Shown here: positions 13,662 to 26,776 of the stretch, in pieces | Position numbering within the stretch: position 1 is the stretch's first letter | Layout: the number at the start of each line of letters is the position of its first letter | From: Octopus vulgaris | Lineage: Eukaryota | Reading direction: 5' to 3' | NCBI GenBank assembly: GCA_951406725.2 | Contig: OX597816.1 | Span: 28,830,001 to 28,894,000, forward strand | DNA length: 64,000 nt | The notes under the pieces: model-generated | What the model was told of the DNA's origin: nothing | Databases searched by the model: none | The model's input: only the letters and a program-made list of their open reading frames with translations | Translations under genes and position numbers: made by a program

Positions 13662-15959
13662 CATTATTATTATCAATATTATTATTATGATGATGATGAT
13701 AATTTTAAATTATTATTATTATTGTAATTTTTCAGACGGAAGGACAAAAACGCTTTTATTTCTACCTCGTTAGAATGGAAAACATTTCAAATCTGACAAT
13801 TACGGATTAGTATTTTCAAAACCACCGGTTCTGTCTGCGCAATTCCTCGGATTATTCAGGCAGGAAATTTGTAACTGGATATAAACTGTATTTTTAGTAT
13901 ATGGAAATAGTATGAACTCAGACGGCACATGAGCAAAACGTGTAAAAGTTATAGGCGTCTTTTTTTATGATACCTCGTATGTTCGGAGTTGGAATATTTA
14001 TATTACGGATTTTTCGCCAAACCTCACCGATCTATGACAAAACTACAACTAACAACACTATACACACCCTGTTTCTTCCATAACCATACGAAGGATTGCT
14101 ACCAGCCCACTGTGGTAATTCAACTGATCTAACATCTGAGATATTGGATGGGTATATCCTAGATTCGCTTACGTAATTCACGTGCAGAATCAGAGATTAC
14201 TAAACCTGTCGATTACAATACGCTTCGATACAGTTTCCCCTTCTCAGCTTATTAGGGCCAACATGTTGTTATAGATAGTAACACTAACCGAAGCTTCTTC
14301 GGAGTGGGACCAAATCCATTATTTTGTGGTTGTATAAGAATTCCTCATTCATACACTCAAATAAATACTAAATACAAACGCAATCATTAAATTTGAATAT
14401 TTATGTTTTGCGAACTTAGCTAATAGCGGAAGTTAATTATAACATTCCTGTTAGGAATAAGAACGAATTACAATTTCAAAGAACCTACATAAAAGAGCAA
14501 AAACAAAAATCAATAACACAGAAAAACAAACAGAACCATAACGCCATAGTAATAATAGTAATAATAATCCTGATGATGATGAAAATGATGGGATGATGGT
14601 GGTGGTGATGATGATGATGACGACGACGACGACGACAACGACGATGAAGATGATGATAATAATAATAATAATTATTATTATTATTACTATTATTATTATT
14701 ATAATTATTGAATTAAGAGCTTCGTATTGAGAAAGAATAGGACCAAAAATAAGACCAAGAGTAAAATCAAAGATAGTATTTGTTTATCGTGACTTTATCA
14801 TGTATTTTCTAATATAAACCAATCCTTTTAATGTATTATTGGAACCGAATGCTCCATTTAAGAACCCATGTTTGACCCTGGCTCAGCTCAGCTCCAGCAC
14901 GTCTGCAGTCTAATACATGCCATACTTGAACGTTTCATTCTCTTTTAGACTCTGCTATAGCTACGATTACTAATGTATCAAATATGTCTTTCTTTTATCA
15001 ATAATGCATATGATATAAGCGTGGTAAGTACAGTCTTATTTCTATCAGAGTTAATGTCCATGTAGAACTCTATATCGTTGCGTCATGCTATTCCCTTTGT
15101 TGAATCTGAAATTTATGCATACAGTACAACTGAGAAATCGTTATTCATATTTAAATACGCATGCAGTTGAATCTCATCTATTTATCATAGTGAAAAACAT
15201 GGAAAACAGATTATCTATTTATTTAATAGACAAAATGCCCCGCGTTTACAATTTTTACATATTTAATCACTCTTTGTAAAAATGGTTTAAAAGTTTAAAC
15301 GTTATATCTATTATGCTTTTGCTCGAGTGTTGCGTTTGAAACAATCTTAGAGGTGAAATGAAATCTGAACCAAACTGCTAAATACTGTGAAACGAAAGAC
15401 GAAAGCCTATAAATCTATGCAGCAACCGAGAAATAGGAATATTTATAAGGCATAAAATTTCCTGGGTTCCAAATGCATTATATAATTTCACTACGTCGCT
15501 GAGATAATAATATATTGTAGAGACGTATTGAATGAACAGAAGTGTTCAGGCACGTCTCTTTAAGTTCTGACTTTATATCACACTAAAACTGAATGCGTTA
15601 CTCAATATTCTATGGTCGAGAAAATACTGCTCACATAAAGCAGTCGATATAATCAATAAATTGGCATATTAATTATACTTTAGTTATTGCTGCAATTCAG
15701 AACAAGCTCTACATTGAAGAACCATGGTATTCCAGATATGGCTACTAAGTTTTGTTATCAACGTATCGAGGACTATGTCAATTGTGTGTAAGAGTGATAT
15801 TTAAAAAAGCATTAGCAACTAATTTTGCCTGTTACATTTTGCCTTTTCCTTGGGTAAATATACAAGTATATTATCATCAATTTGTTATTTTAGTGTTTGA
15901 TATGTTTAAAAACACTTCGTATTATCCGAATGTGACTGCATTCGATACATGTTACCCGA

Positions 15960-16085
15960 GTATAGAATCATTACCACGACGGGCAAAATACTTAGTAGTA
16001 TTTCATCTGCCTTTATTTTCTCAGTTGAAATTCTGCCGAGGTCGAATTTGCCTTTCATCCTTTCGGGCCCGATAAAGTGAACCAT
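15960..16085 (+). mobile_element. Degenerate fragment of a third SINE family
   Basis: CTGCCGAGGTCGAATTTGCCTTTCATCCTTTCGGG..CGATAAA resembles a conserved metazoan SINE central domain; single copy only. Confidence 0.5.
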
Positions 16086-16705
16086 CGCTATTATGTTCGT
16101 GTTTGCTCATACACCTTTAACCAGCGCATGTCAGCCATCACGATCCTACATCCGTTGAGAGATACCTTCGGGGTGATCATCAACATACGTTCTGTTCGGA
16201 CGACCTGCTCCAGTACAGGGTAGCAGATCTCCATATATTCCTCTTTTAGTGGAATGAGTTCTTTAACATTTAAGACCGTATTTAACATTCAGATGTACAC
16301 TCTATTTAGCTTGAAGTCCGTTTTTTGGTAAAACCCCAGGATGATGCCCTATATAAATGGAAAAACCCTACAGTTTCATGGAGAAAAAAAAACTCTTAAA
16401 ATTGACTAACAACATCCAGTTTGTCTAGAGCCGACCATGCTTTGGATGTCCGAGGTTTTACACCATTTTTTCAGTTGAAGCTATGTCAGAATTTGGGTTC
16501 CATCGGTTACGACGACGCCTGTCCCAGTCGAGTCGTTCCTGTCAATTTGATAGATGTGATCTTCACTGATGTTTGTGATTGATATCTGTTTATTAGCAAG
16601 GATTAGCAAGAAGTGCAAATCATGTGCAGTGAATTCTGGACTATGAATTAATTGGGTTGAGTTCAATGTTTAGTCAGAATGCAAGGTTAAATCATTAGCA
16701 TATTC

Positions 16706-17660
16706 TATTGGGTCGGCAACTAAGTTCCCGCTGCTTTTTTAAACTTAAATTTTTTAAAAGGTTTCATAAGAAATAACAACAAATTAATCAATAATGTATT
16801 AACTCTAGTTGTTTACAACTTCTTCCCAACGTTCAAAAAGATTTTCAATACCTCGTTGGTAGAAATCACATGATTCCTACTCCAAGAATTGATCCAGCCA
16901 AGTTCTCAATTCTGTATCAGTATTGAACGAAACTCTGCGCATAGCATTTGAAAGAGTTCGAAAGAGGTGGAAATCTTTTGGTGCCAAATCAGGAGAGTAC
17001 GGCGGGTGTGGTAACACTTCCCAGCCATGCGTTTGAATGGCTTCCTTGGTCATATTGGCGATTTGAGGGCGGGCGTTGTCGTGCAGCAGAACTCCATGCT
17101 GCCGATTAGGTTTTTTCTCTTGAATAACCGTGTTGAGTCGTCCCATCTGTTGAACATAGAGTTTCACGTTGATCGTTTGGTTCCGTTCAAGCGATTCCTA
17201 ATGGATAATCCCTTCGCAGTCCCACCATACGCACAACATCGTTTTACGTGAATGAAGATTTTGTTTCACGCGCGTTATCGCTTGCTTACCGAGGCTAAGC
17301 AATTCCTTACGCCACTTCATATTGATATACAGGCACCATTTTCCGTCGCCAGTAACGATTCGGTAAAGAAATCGTTGCTTGTGTCCATGAGTTGAGCGGT
17401 GACGAGCAAGCAAACCAGCGGAGATTGTAGCTCGTTGTCGTCACTTAAAGCATGCAGAACCTATGCTCCATACTTCTGAATCTTCCCCATCGAGTGAAGA
17501 TGCTTCTCTGTAGCAGTGTTGGCGCATTCCATTTTATCTATCAGTTCCCTTGTCGTCTGAGGAGAATTTTCGCGCAAAAGTTGGTTTAATCGCCCTTCAT
17601 CGAACTCAGCACCTTCTCCATACACAGCACAAATGTCGCGAGCAGCTTTTGCGGCCTTAG
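16706..17660 (-). mobile_element. mariner (DD34D) transposon, 5'-truncated, pseudogenised transposase
   Basis: RIVTGDGKW, LLHDNARP and HPPYSPDLAPKDFHLF in broken ORFs; TA plus TIR-like TTGGGTCGGCAACTAAGTTCC at 16706. Confidence 0.93.
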
Positions 17661-17900
17661 GAATAATGGTCCAGTCAAATAGATCTGCTCGATGCATGCG
17701 CCTGTTCATCCATCAGGGAAGATGAAAAGTTACTGCCCTACTAATGAATTTTGTTTCTGTTTTCTTTTTCTGTTATCTTACTGTTCATGCACCTTCTCAC
17801 ACCATACACTATCGCATCATAATGTGCGGCATAATCATGTAGCATTCCCGACCTATTTATAAACTCCCATATAGATAAAATTGTAGCTGTTATTATTAAA

Positions 17901-18357
17901 TGAGAGAGAGAGAGAGAGCAGTGCATGCCATCAAAGTGACACTGGGGTAAAATATACGAAGCCCAGTATACCCATCACGACTAACCGTCTTATAATAGTA
18001 CACCAGGCACATGCATCCCAACCATATGTGCGCGACATAAGGATCTCATATCAAGATAAACAACCACTGGCCTTGCAAGTGGGACCCAGTTAAAATTTGC
18101 TTGAGCCCATCCCACTCAAAAGGTCCCTTTCAAAGGGTTGTTTAAGGATGTTGAAGCAAACACCTATGTTTCCAGAAGTGAATTATTCAAACCCCAAAGA
18201 ATCCCTCTCAACACATGGTTCTCATGCTCCCCATCTACATCTGCTCATGATCCGATGTGCACATATCGTTAGCCATTAAGGTACATGCCCAACTGCTTAA
18301 GGTCAAGCAAATGACATGCAAATCTGCGCTATCGAACAGAATATTTGGCGCAGCCCA

Positions 18358-18358
<1 letters not shown>
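17901..18358 (-). mobile_element. TAA-associated non-coding element (family T), 5'-truncated
   Basis: Tandem homologue of 18401-18953, separated from it by (TTA)n. Confidence 0.85.
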
Positions 18359-18400
<42 letters not shown>

Positions 18401-18401
<1 letters not shown>

Positions 18402-18953
18402 GAGTGAGAGAGCAGTGCATGCCATCAAAGTGACACTGGAGTAAAATATACGAAGCCCAGTATACCCATCATGACCACCCGTCTGATAAGGGTACACTAG
18501 GCACATGCATCACAACCATATGTCCGTGACATGGTGATCTCATATCAAGATCAACAGCACATGACCTTGCAGGTGGGGCCCAGTTAGAATTTTCTTCTGG
18601 TCGAGTAACGCATCCCGCTCAAAAGGTCCCTGAGGAAGGGTCGTTTAAGGACGTTGAACGAAATACTTTTTTCCAGAGGTGAATTATTCAAACCCCAAAG
18701 AATCCCTCTCAACACATGTCTATGATGCTCCCCCACTACTTCTGCTCGTGATCAGAGATTCGTATATCGTCAGCCGCTAAGGGACATGGTCAACTGGTTA
18801 AGGTCAAACAACTGACAAGCAAATCTGTGGTATTGAGCAGAATATTTGCTGTAGCCCATCTTTTATACCAAGACAAAACAATGTACGTGATAACACTTCC
18901 AATCAGTTAAGATCAGAAGCCATGAGAGCCACTGTCTGGTACTGCATCAGGGC
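18401..18953 (-). mobile_element. TAA-associated non-coding element (family T), longest copy (~550 bp)
   Basis: (ATT)n on both sides; four copies in the window; no credible ORF. Confidence 0.85.
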
Positions 18954-18954
18954 A

Positions 18955-19024
<70 letters not shown>

Positions 19025-19025
<1 letters not shown>

Positions 19026-19120
19026 TTTTTTTTCTTCTTTCAAATTTGCTTCCATTTCTTGCCGAGTATCTTCCCGACTCCCAGGGCAAAGAAACTCATA
19101 GTATACATTGGTAGGCCATT
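19025..19120 (-). mobile_element. ~100-bp 3'-end remnant of a TAA-targeting retroelement
   Basis: Reverse complement of 23185-23281; both copies run into (TAA)n. Confidence 0.7.
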
Positions 19121-19137
19121 ATTATTATTATTATTAA

Positions 19138-19177
<40 letters not shown>

Positions 19178-19191
19178 ATCATTATTATTAA

Positions 19192-19263
<72 letters not shown>

Positions 19264-19267
<4 letters not shown>

Positions 19268-20455
19268 TAGTTTTATTTTTATAGCGTGCTTTCACTTCAC
19301 TACCGAGCGCAGCTCTGTGTGCCTTGGGTATGTGCTGTGATTTGTTGTGATGCTCTGATGGTTATTGTATGGAAAGTGTTCTGCGTAGGATGTGTGCAGT
19401 GCCTAGTAGTGCAATTTTCTGTATGTTATATGTGTTTGTAAGTCCTGGTGTTTTTGTTATGTATTTGTCTGAATATTTTTTTATCATGCCTAATGCACCT
19501 ACTATGATAGGAATTGCTTCTGTTTTCAGATTCCACATTCTAGTTACCTCTATTTCCAGGTCTTTGTATTTTGAGAGTTTCTCCATTTCTTTTAGAGACA
19601 CGTTGTCATCTGCCGGTATTGATACATCAATTAGAAAGCATTTCTTTTCTTCATGATCTCTGACAACTATATCTGGTCTGTTGGCCTTAATTTCTCTATC
19701 TGTGTGTATCGGCATATCCCAGAGTATGGTTGCTTTCTCGTTTTCTGTGACCTTTTCTGGTGTGTGCCTATACCATCTTTTTTCTGTTGTTATTCCATAA
19801 TGTTGGCATAGCTTCCAATGTATGTAGGTTCCAACTCTGTCATGTCTGTGAATATATTCCTTCTTAGCCAGGACTGGGCAGCTAGAGATAATATGATTTA
19901 TTGTTTCTTGTCCATCTCCACATATTCTGCAGTTACTTGTAATATTTCTTTTCATTACATGTTTTTCGTAATTTCTGGTGGGGAGGGTTTGGTTTTGTGC
20001 TGCAACTAAAAATCCCTCTGTTTCTGCTTTGAGTCCTGAGCTTCTCAGCCATTGCTGGGATTTTTCTTTGTCTATTTCTTTTGCGTTTAGTTTAGTCCAG
20101 TATTTACCATGAAGGGGCTTTTCTTGCCATCGTTTTATCATGGTTCGTTGCTGTTCTATTTTTAGTTTGGATTTCATTTGTTTTATAGCCTTTGTTGTTT
20201 CATCATCTTCTTCTTCTTCTTCTTCTTCTTCTTTTCTTCTTCTTCTTCTTCTTCTTCTTCTTCTTCTTCTTCTTCTTCTTCTTCTTCTTCTTCTTCTTCT
20301 TCTTCATGTTTATTAGGTGGTATGATTTCTTGTTTGTATTTGTCAGCTTCCTTAAATACTGAGAACAGTTTTTTGTTTTGCTCGTGTTTTGCCGCTATCT
20401 GGATCAGTTTTCCTTCTTTCTGAAGTAGATATTTTTGCAGTCCTATGGTGGTTTA
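19264..20455 (-). mobile_element. R4/Dong-clade retrotransposon, 5'-truncated, young (intact C-terminal ORF)
   Basis: Flanked by (ATT)n on both sides; short 3'UTR with AATAAA; contains the ORF below. Confidence 0.95.
19362..20177 (-). pseudogene. C-terminal part of Dong/R4 ORF: CCHC zinc knuckle plus restriction-like endonuclease
   Basis: CRICGDGQETINHIISSC, RHD, RPDIV...LIDVSIP...EKLSKY, PIIVGALG; open for 271 aa but lacks the RT core. Confidence 0.92.
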
Positions 20456-21280
<825 letters not shown>

Positions 21281-21754
21281 TTGTGGGGTTTGTTGCAGCG
21301 TTTGCGGTGAAGTTATTGTAGTTTTTTTTTATTTTTTATTTAATTATAAGTCAGTGGACGGTGAAAACATACCGCAACCAATTTAGCAATAACTGTGAAA
21401 CATTTGCCAATGTGACAAATATCCATTAAGGAATGTAAACCGCGGTGTCATAAATATGTGCGTTAGGTTACCAATTGGGAGATTAAATTTCTCTTTACGA
21501 CTCACATTACTTTCTCAGAAGTGAAAGTTTATAGCAATGTCCCGTGAGATGCGCAGACTTTAGAAGTAAAACGCTAATTCAATCATGTTTTACAATCTGA
21601 TGCAAACGAGTAGAAGCCGCAACACGTTTAACATTTATGTCCACAAATGCAGTTAAAAATGACAATAGAATATGTTATATCTCTACATACTTATACGCCA
21701 TATAAGATATCGCTTCAATTTCTAAACGTGTGTGTTTGTGAGTGCGCGTGTATG

Positions 21755-22262
21755 TGTGTGTAGTAAATATATCGTATACATATTTGTGTGTGTGTGTAGT
21801 AAATATATCGTATACATATTTGTGTGTGTGTGTGTAGTAAATATATCGTATACAAATTTGTGTGTGTGTGTAGTAAATATATCGTATACATATTTGTGTG
21901 TGTGTGTAGTAAATATATCGTATACATATTTGTGTGTGTGTGTAGTAAATATATCGTATACATATTTGTGTGTGTGTGTAGTAAATATATCGTATACATA
22001 TTTGTGTGTGTGTGTAGTAAATATATCGTATACATATTTGTGTGTGTGTGTAGTAAATATATCGTATACATATTTGTGTGTGTGTGTAGTAAATATATCG
22101 TATACATAGTTGTGTGTGTGTGTGTAGTAAATATATCGTATACATATTTGTGTGTGTGTGTAGTAACTATATCGTATACATATTTGTGTGTGTGTGTAGT
22201 AAATATATCGTATACATATTTGTGTGTGTGTGTAGTAAATATATCGAATACATATTTGTGTG
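21755..22262. repeat. Minisatellite, ~36-bp unit TAGTAAATATATCGTATACATATT(TG)6, ~14 copies
   Basis: Near-identical tandem units; source of the QICIRYIYYTHT pseudo-ORFs. Confidence 0.95.
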
Positions 22263-22394
22263 AGTGTGTGTGTATGTGTGTATAAATACTTGCACAAAAT
22301 ACATAGACATGCGCTCATTCATTCATTTGCTTTTATGTGTCGCTCATATATACATACATACGTACTTACATACACACATGCATACATCGATATA

Positions 22395-22672
22395 TACGAG
22401 GGGTGTATGAAAAGTTTTGAGTCTAACCAAGAAACGTGGCAGCTAGGTAGCTGAAACATTTTTTTCTGGTAAATACAGTCTTTTCGGAGTATTCTTGTTC
22501 ATTTTCATGATTCTGATATTTAATTTTTTTTGTTGTTGCAGATTTTTCAATAAACAAGTGTTGAGATTACAAGGAAAATGGAGAAAAATTGAGTATCTTG
22601 CTGACATAATGTACCTTCATTTGGAAGGCATGACTCCATCAGAAATCCATGAAGATATGGTGAGAACCTTGT
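22395..22672 (+). mobile_element. mariner 5' fragment (TIR and transposase N-terminus)
   Basis: TA-CGAGGGGTGTATGAAAAGT TIR-like start; KIEYLADIMYLHLEGMTPSEIHEDMVRTL resembles the mariner HTH region. Confidence 0.75.
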
Positions 22673-22746
22673 CTATCTATTCTTGTTGTGAATTGAGAGA
22701 TGGTTAAATACTACGGTGCATTTTTACCTACACTTTGTTACGAAGG

Positions 22747-22747
<1 letters not shown>

Positions 22748-22829
<82 letters not shown>

Positions 22830-22896
22830 TACTACTACTATTATAATAATAATAATAATAATAATAATAATGGTAACAATAACAATAATAATGATG

Positions 22897-22987
<91 letters not shown>

Positions 22988-23025
22988 TGATAATAATAAT
23001 AATGATAATAATAATAATAATGATG

Positions 23026-23096
<71 letters not shown>

Positions 23097-23135
23097 TTTA
23101 ATTTAACTTAAAAATAAATAAATAATAATAATAAT
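22748..23135. repeat. (ACT)n followed by long (AAT)n microsatellite
   Basis: Direct reading. Confidence 0.97.
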
Positions 23136-23184
23136 GTATTTTAATTTAACTTAAAAAAAATGAACGAACTATTGAGTTTGGTTT

Positions 23185-23280
23185 AATGGCTTACCAATGT
23201 ATACTATGAGTTTATTTGCCCTAGGAGTCGGGAAGACACTCGGCAAGAAATGGAAGCAAATTTGAAAGAAGAAAAAAAAA

Positions 23281-23281
<1 letters not shown>
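23185..23281 (+). mobile_element. ~100-bp 3'-end remnant of a TAA-targeting retroelement
   Basis: Homologous to 19025-19120; ends in an A-run then (TAA)n. Confidence 0.7.
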
Positions 23282-23326
<45 letters not shown>

Positions 23327-23331
23327 TGATG

Positions 23332-23415
<84 letters not shown>

Positions 23416-24441
23416 GATATTCTGAATGATAAATGGCAAGAAAAACCTCTCTATGGCAAATACCCAAAGAGAGCGAATAATGCAGATATTGACAAAGCCC
23501 TGACCCATCAATGGCTAATGGCCTCTGGCTTAAAATCTGAAACAGAGGGGTTTATCATAGCAGCTCAAGATCAATGCCTACCAACAAGAAACTACCAGGC
23601 CAACATATTAAAGAACGGCAGTAGCCCAGCATGTCGTCTATGCCGACAACAAAATGAAACAATTGATCATGTTGTCTCCAAATGCAGTCTTCTAGCGCCT
23701 ACAGAGTACCTCAACTGGCATGATAGAGCTGCACAATATATTCACTGGGTAATTTGCAAAAACCTGGATTTGCCCCATGAAAAAAACTGGTGGGAACACA
23801 ATCCACCTCCAGTGCTTGAAAATGACATCTCACTCCTCTGGAACTTCACTATTCAAACTGACAGGAAGATAGATGCAAATAGGCCAGACATCATATTGAA
23901 AGACTTCAGACAAAGAACATGCCTCTTCATTGATATGACTGTCCCAATCGATATAAACGTATCTGTCAAGACCTACCAAAAACTGAGCAAATATAAAGAT
24001 CTTGAAATAGAAATCAGCAAAATGTGGAAGCTGAAGACTAAAACCTGTTGTCATAGGTGCCCTGGGAATGATAGCGAAAGGGACTAATTGCTACCTAACT
24101 CAGATACCAGGAAACCCCAAAATGGCAGAAATTCAAAAGATAGTGCTCATGGGAACTGCTCATATCCTACGCAAAATAATCTCTATGTAATCCCAAGGTT
24201 TAAAACAAACTTTTTAATTAATTTATTTATTTTATTTTATTTTATTTTATTTTTTATTTTTTATTATTTTTAAAAAATTTTATTTTTATGTATTAGACAT
24301 TCACTAGTACAACACCAAAAAGAAAGGGAAAAAAAAAACAACAAATATATGGCACAGAACTTCCAACCTGTTGTCTCTTGAGGTATCTGGGTGAGACTTG
24401 GAGCCAACTTGTACAGACATAAAGCAAAAGTCAAACATAGA
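23416..24441 (+). mobile_element. R4/Dong-clade retrotransposon, 5'-truncated, inside (TAA)n
   Basis: WQEKPLYGKY, ETEGFIIAAQDQ, CRLC..ETIDHVVSKC, HDR, RPDII..IDMTVP..KLSKY; frameshift near 24045. Confidence 0.95.
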
Positions 24442-24480
24442 ATAATAATAATAATAATAATAATAATGATGATGATGATG

Positions 24481-24606
<126 letters not shown>

Positions 24607-24609
24607 GTA

Positions 24610-24770
24610 ATGATGATTGATGATGGAAACGCAACATAGATTTGCCTTATTCTTTAATCGGATGCACAATCGTTTCACCCCCCCCCCCCGAAACTGTCGT
24701 TTATGGGTAGGATGTTGTGTATCCAGTTGTGTTGCATCTGGGTAATATCAGGTACATGCATACTGAAAGT
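24610..24770 (-). mobile_element. PLE pLTR-like arm, inverted partner of 25605-25770
   Basis: Diverged reverse-complement match including GAAACGAT(C/T)GT and the ATGCATGTA upstream segment. Confidence 0.6.
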
Positions 24771-24888
24771 GGTATCCCGTTAAATGGATTGAGTTCTCGC
24801 ATGGTACTGTTTATTCGCTGTCCCTGTTTATTACCAGCGAATGGGGCTAACTACAATTGTCCATATACTTTTTTTTACATTTTTTAAA

Positions 24889-25134
24889 CTTTTTACTTGT
24901 TTCAGTCATGTGACTGTGGTCATGCTGGAGCACCGCCTTTAGTCGAGCAAATCGACCCCTGGACTTATTCTTTGTAAACCTAGTACTTATTCTATCGGTC
25001 GCTTTTGCCGAACTGCTAAGAGTTAAGTGTACGTAAACACACCAACATCGGTTGTCAAGCGATGTTTTGGGGACTAACGCAGACGCACAAACATACACAC
25101 ACACACATACACACTCACACACACACACAGACAA

Positions 25135-25183
<49 letters not shown>

Positions 25184-25352
25184 TATATACGACGGGCGTC
25201 ATTCAGTTTCTACCTACCAAATCCACTCACAAGGCTTTGGTCGATCCGAGGCTATAGCAGAAGACACTTGCCCAAGGTGCCACGCAGTGGGACTGAACTC
25301 GGAACCATGTGGTTGGTAAACAAGCTACTTACCACACAGCCACTCCTACGCC
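24889..25352 (-). mobile_element. SINE family A
   Basis: Full-length homologue of 71-479 with internal (CA)n/(TA)n. Confidence 0.92.
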
Positions 25353-25610
25353 TTTAAATATTCATAACAAAATAATTGTAAGCATAAAACCATAAGCTAT
25401 AAAAAGAGTTTTAAGATGTGTTACCGAAAGATTAACTTGTATTAATTTTAAAGACAAGGCGACTACACTTGCTAACTTGCTAAGGCGTCTAAGTATATAG
25501 ACACACACACAAACACACACACACACACTCACACACACACACTCACATACACACACACACACCATCACTTACCCCATCACAAACACGGCGTAAGTGTCAT
25601 GTCTATGCAT

Positions 25611-25714
25611 GTATCCGATGTGACCCAGACTGATCTGATCGATGCAACAAAATTGGATGCGCAACATCTCGCCATAAAGGAGAGTCGCAGGAAAAGTCGA
25701 AACGATCGTCATAC
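25611..25714 (+). ncRNA. Degenerate type-I hammerhead ribozyme motif in pLTR arm
   Basis: GTAT-CCGATGT-GAC...GTC-GAAAC-GATC-GTC-ATAC: stem I GTAT/ATAC, palindromic stem III, GUC site; core has two substitutions. Confidence 0.5.
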
Positions 25715-25965
25715 TGAATAAAGACCACGGCCAAAGCTAGGTCTCTGTTTCCTTCATCAATTATTATTAGCTCAACTAACACAGCAGAATCCCAAAAGCA
25801 TATCCAGCGGAAATATACCCTAACCGTGGATGACACCAGGTAACCCAAACGGTGAACGGGCTGTACTCAACACATTAACATATGCCCATTAATACTGAAA
25901 TTTACATATACATACATACATTAATACATATATACATACATACATACATACACACATATATATAT

Positions 25966-26180
25966 ACTCTTTACTCTTTTATTACTTTCAGTCATTTGAC
26001 TGTGGCCATGCTGGAGCACCGCCTTTAGTCGAGCAAATCGACCCCGAGACTTAGTCTTTGTAAGCCTAGTACTTATTCTATCGGTGTCTTTTGCCGAACT
26101 GCTAGGTTACGGGGACGTAAACACACCAGCATCGGTTGTCAAGCGATGTTGGGGGGACAAACACAGACACATAAACATAT

Positions 26181-26215
<35 letters not shown>

Positions 26216-26357
26216 CATATATACGACGGGCTTCTTTCAGTTTCCATCTACCAAATCCACTCACAAGTCTTTGGTCGGCCCGAGGCTATAGTAGAAGACA
26301 CTGACCCGGAACCATGTGGTTTGTAAGAAAGCTACTTACCACACAGCCACTCCTACG

Positions 26358-26360
<3 letters not shown>
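25966..26360 (-). mobile_element. SINE family A (short deletion in head)
   Basis: Homologue of 71-479; followed by (TA)n. Confidence 0.92.
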
Positions 26361-26417
<57 letters not shown>

Positions 26418-26736
26418 CGTTGAAAGTATATAAAGCAAACAGACACAGACGCACAGAATGCGTTTATAGAGATAAAACTACCCATTCATGTTTTGATATG
26501 TATGATTTTGCAATGCATCGACTGTATACATTTAACATCGGACCGTTTTATATTTTAGAAAGGATTCAACTGATCTCATATTTTGTATTTTACATTTATA
26601 TATATTTTAATATATTTATATTTATACATTTTCTATAAAGTTTTAGTATCTATATATTATATATTATATTGCATATTTTATATTGAGGAATATGTTTTGA
26701 TTGTCAATATCTCGAAATTTGCCTTTTCATTGAAAC

Positions 26737-26776
<40 letters not shown>

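Noticed and set aside
13736-14340. Coding-like unique sequence (similar at 20690-20815, 39130-39430 and 59120-59175)
   Set aside because: Short or stop-interrupted frames with no motif I can identify
14870-14932. Resemblance to the bacterial 16S rRNA 5' end (GTTTGACCCTGGCTCAG...CTAATACATGC...GAACG)
   Set aside because: Intervening bases and spacing do not match and similarity does not continue downstream; treated as chance within a decayed repeat
21755-22262. CRISPR-like regular array
   Set aside because: The inter-repeat sequence is invariant (TG)n rather than unique spacers; no cas genes; eukaryotic context
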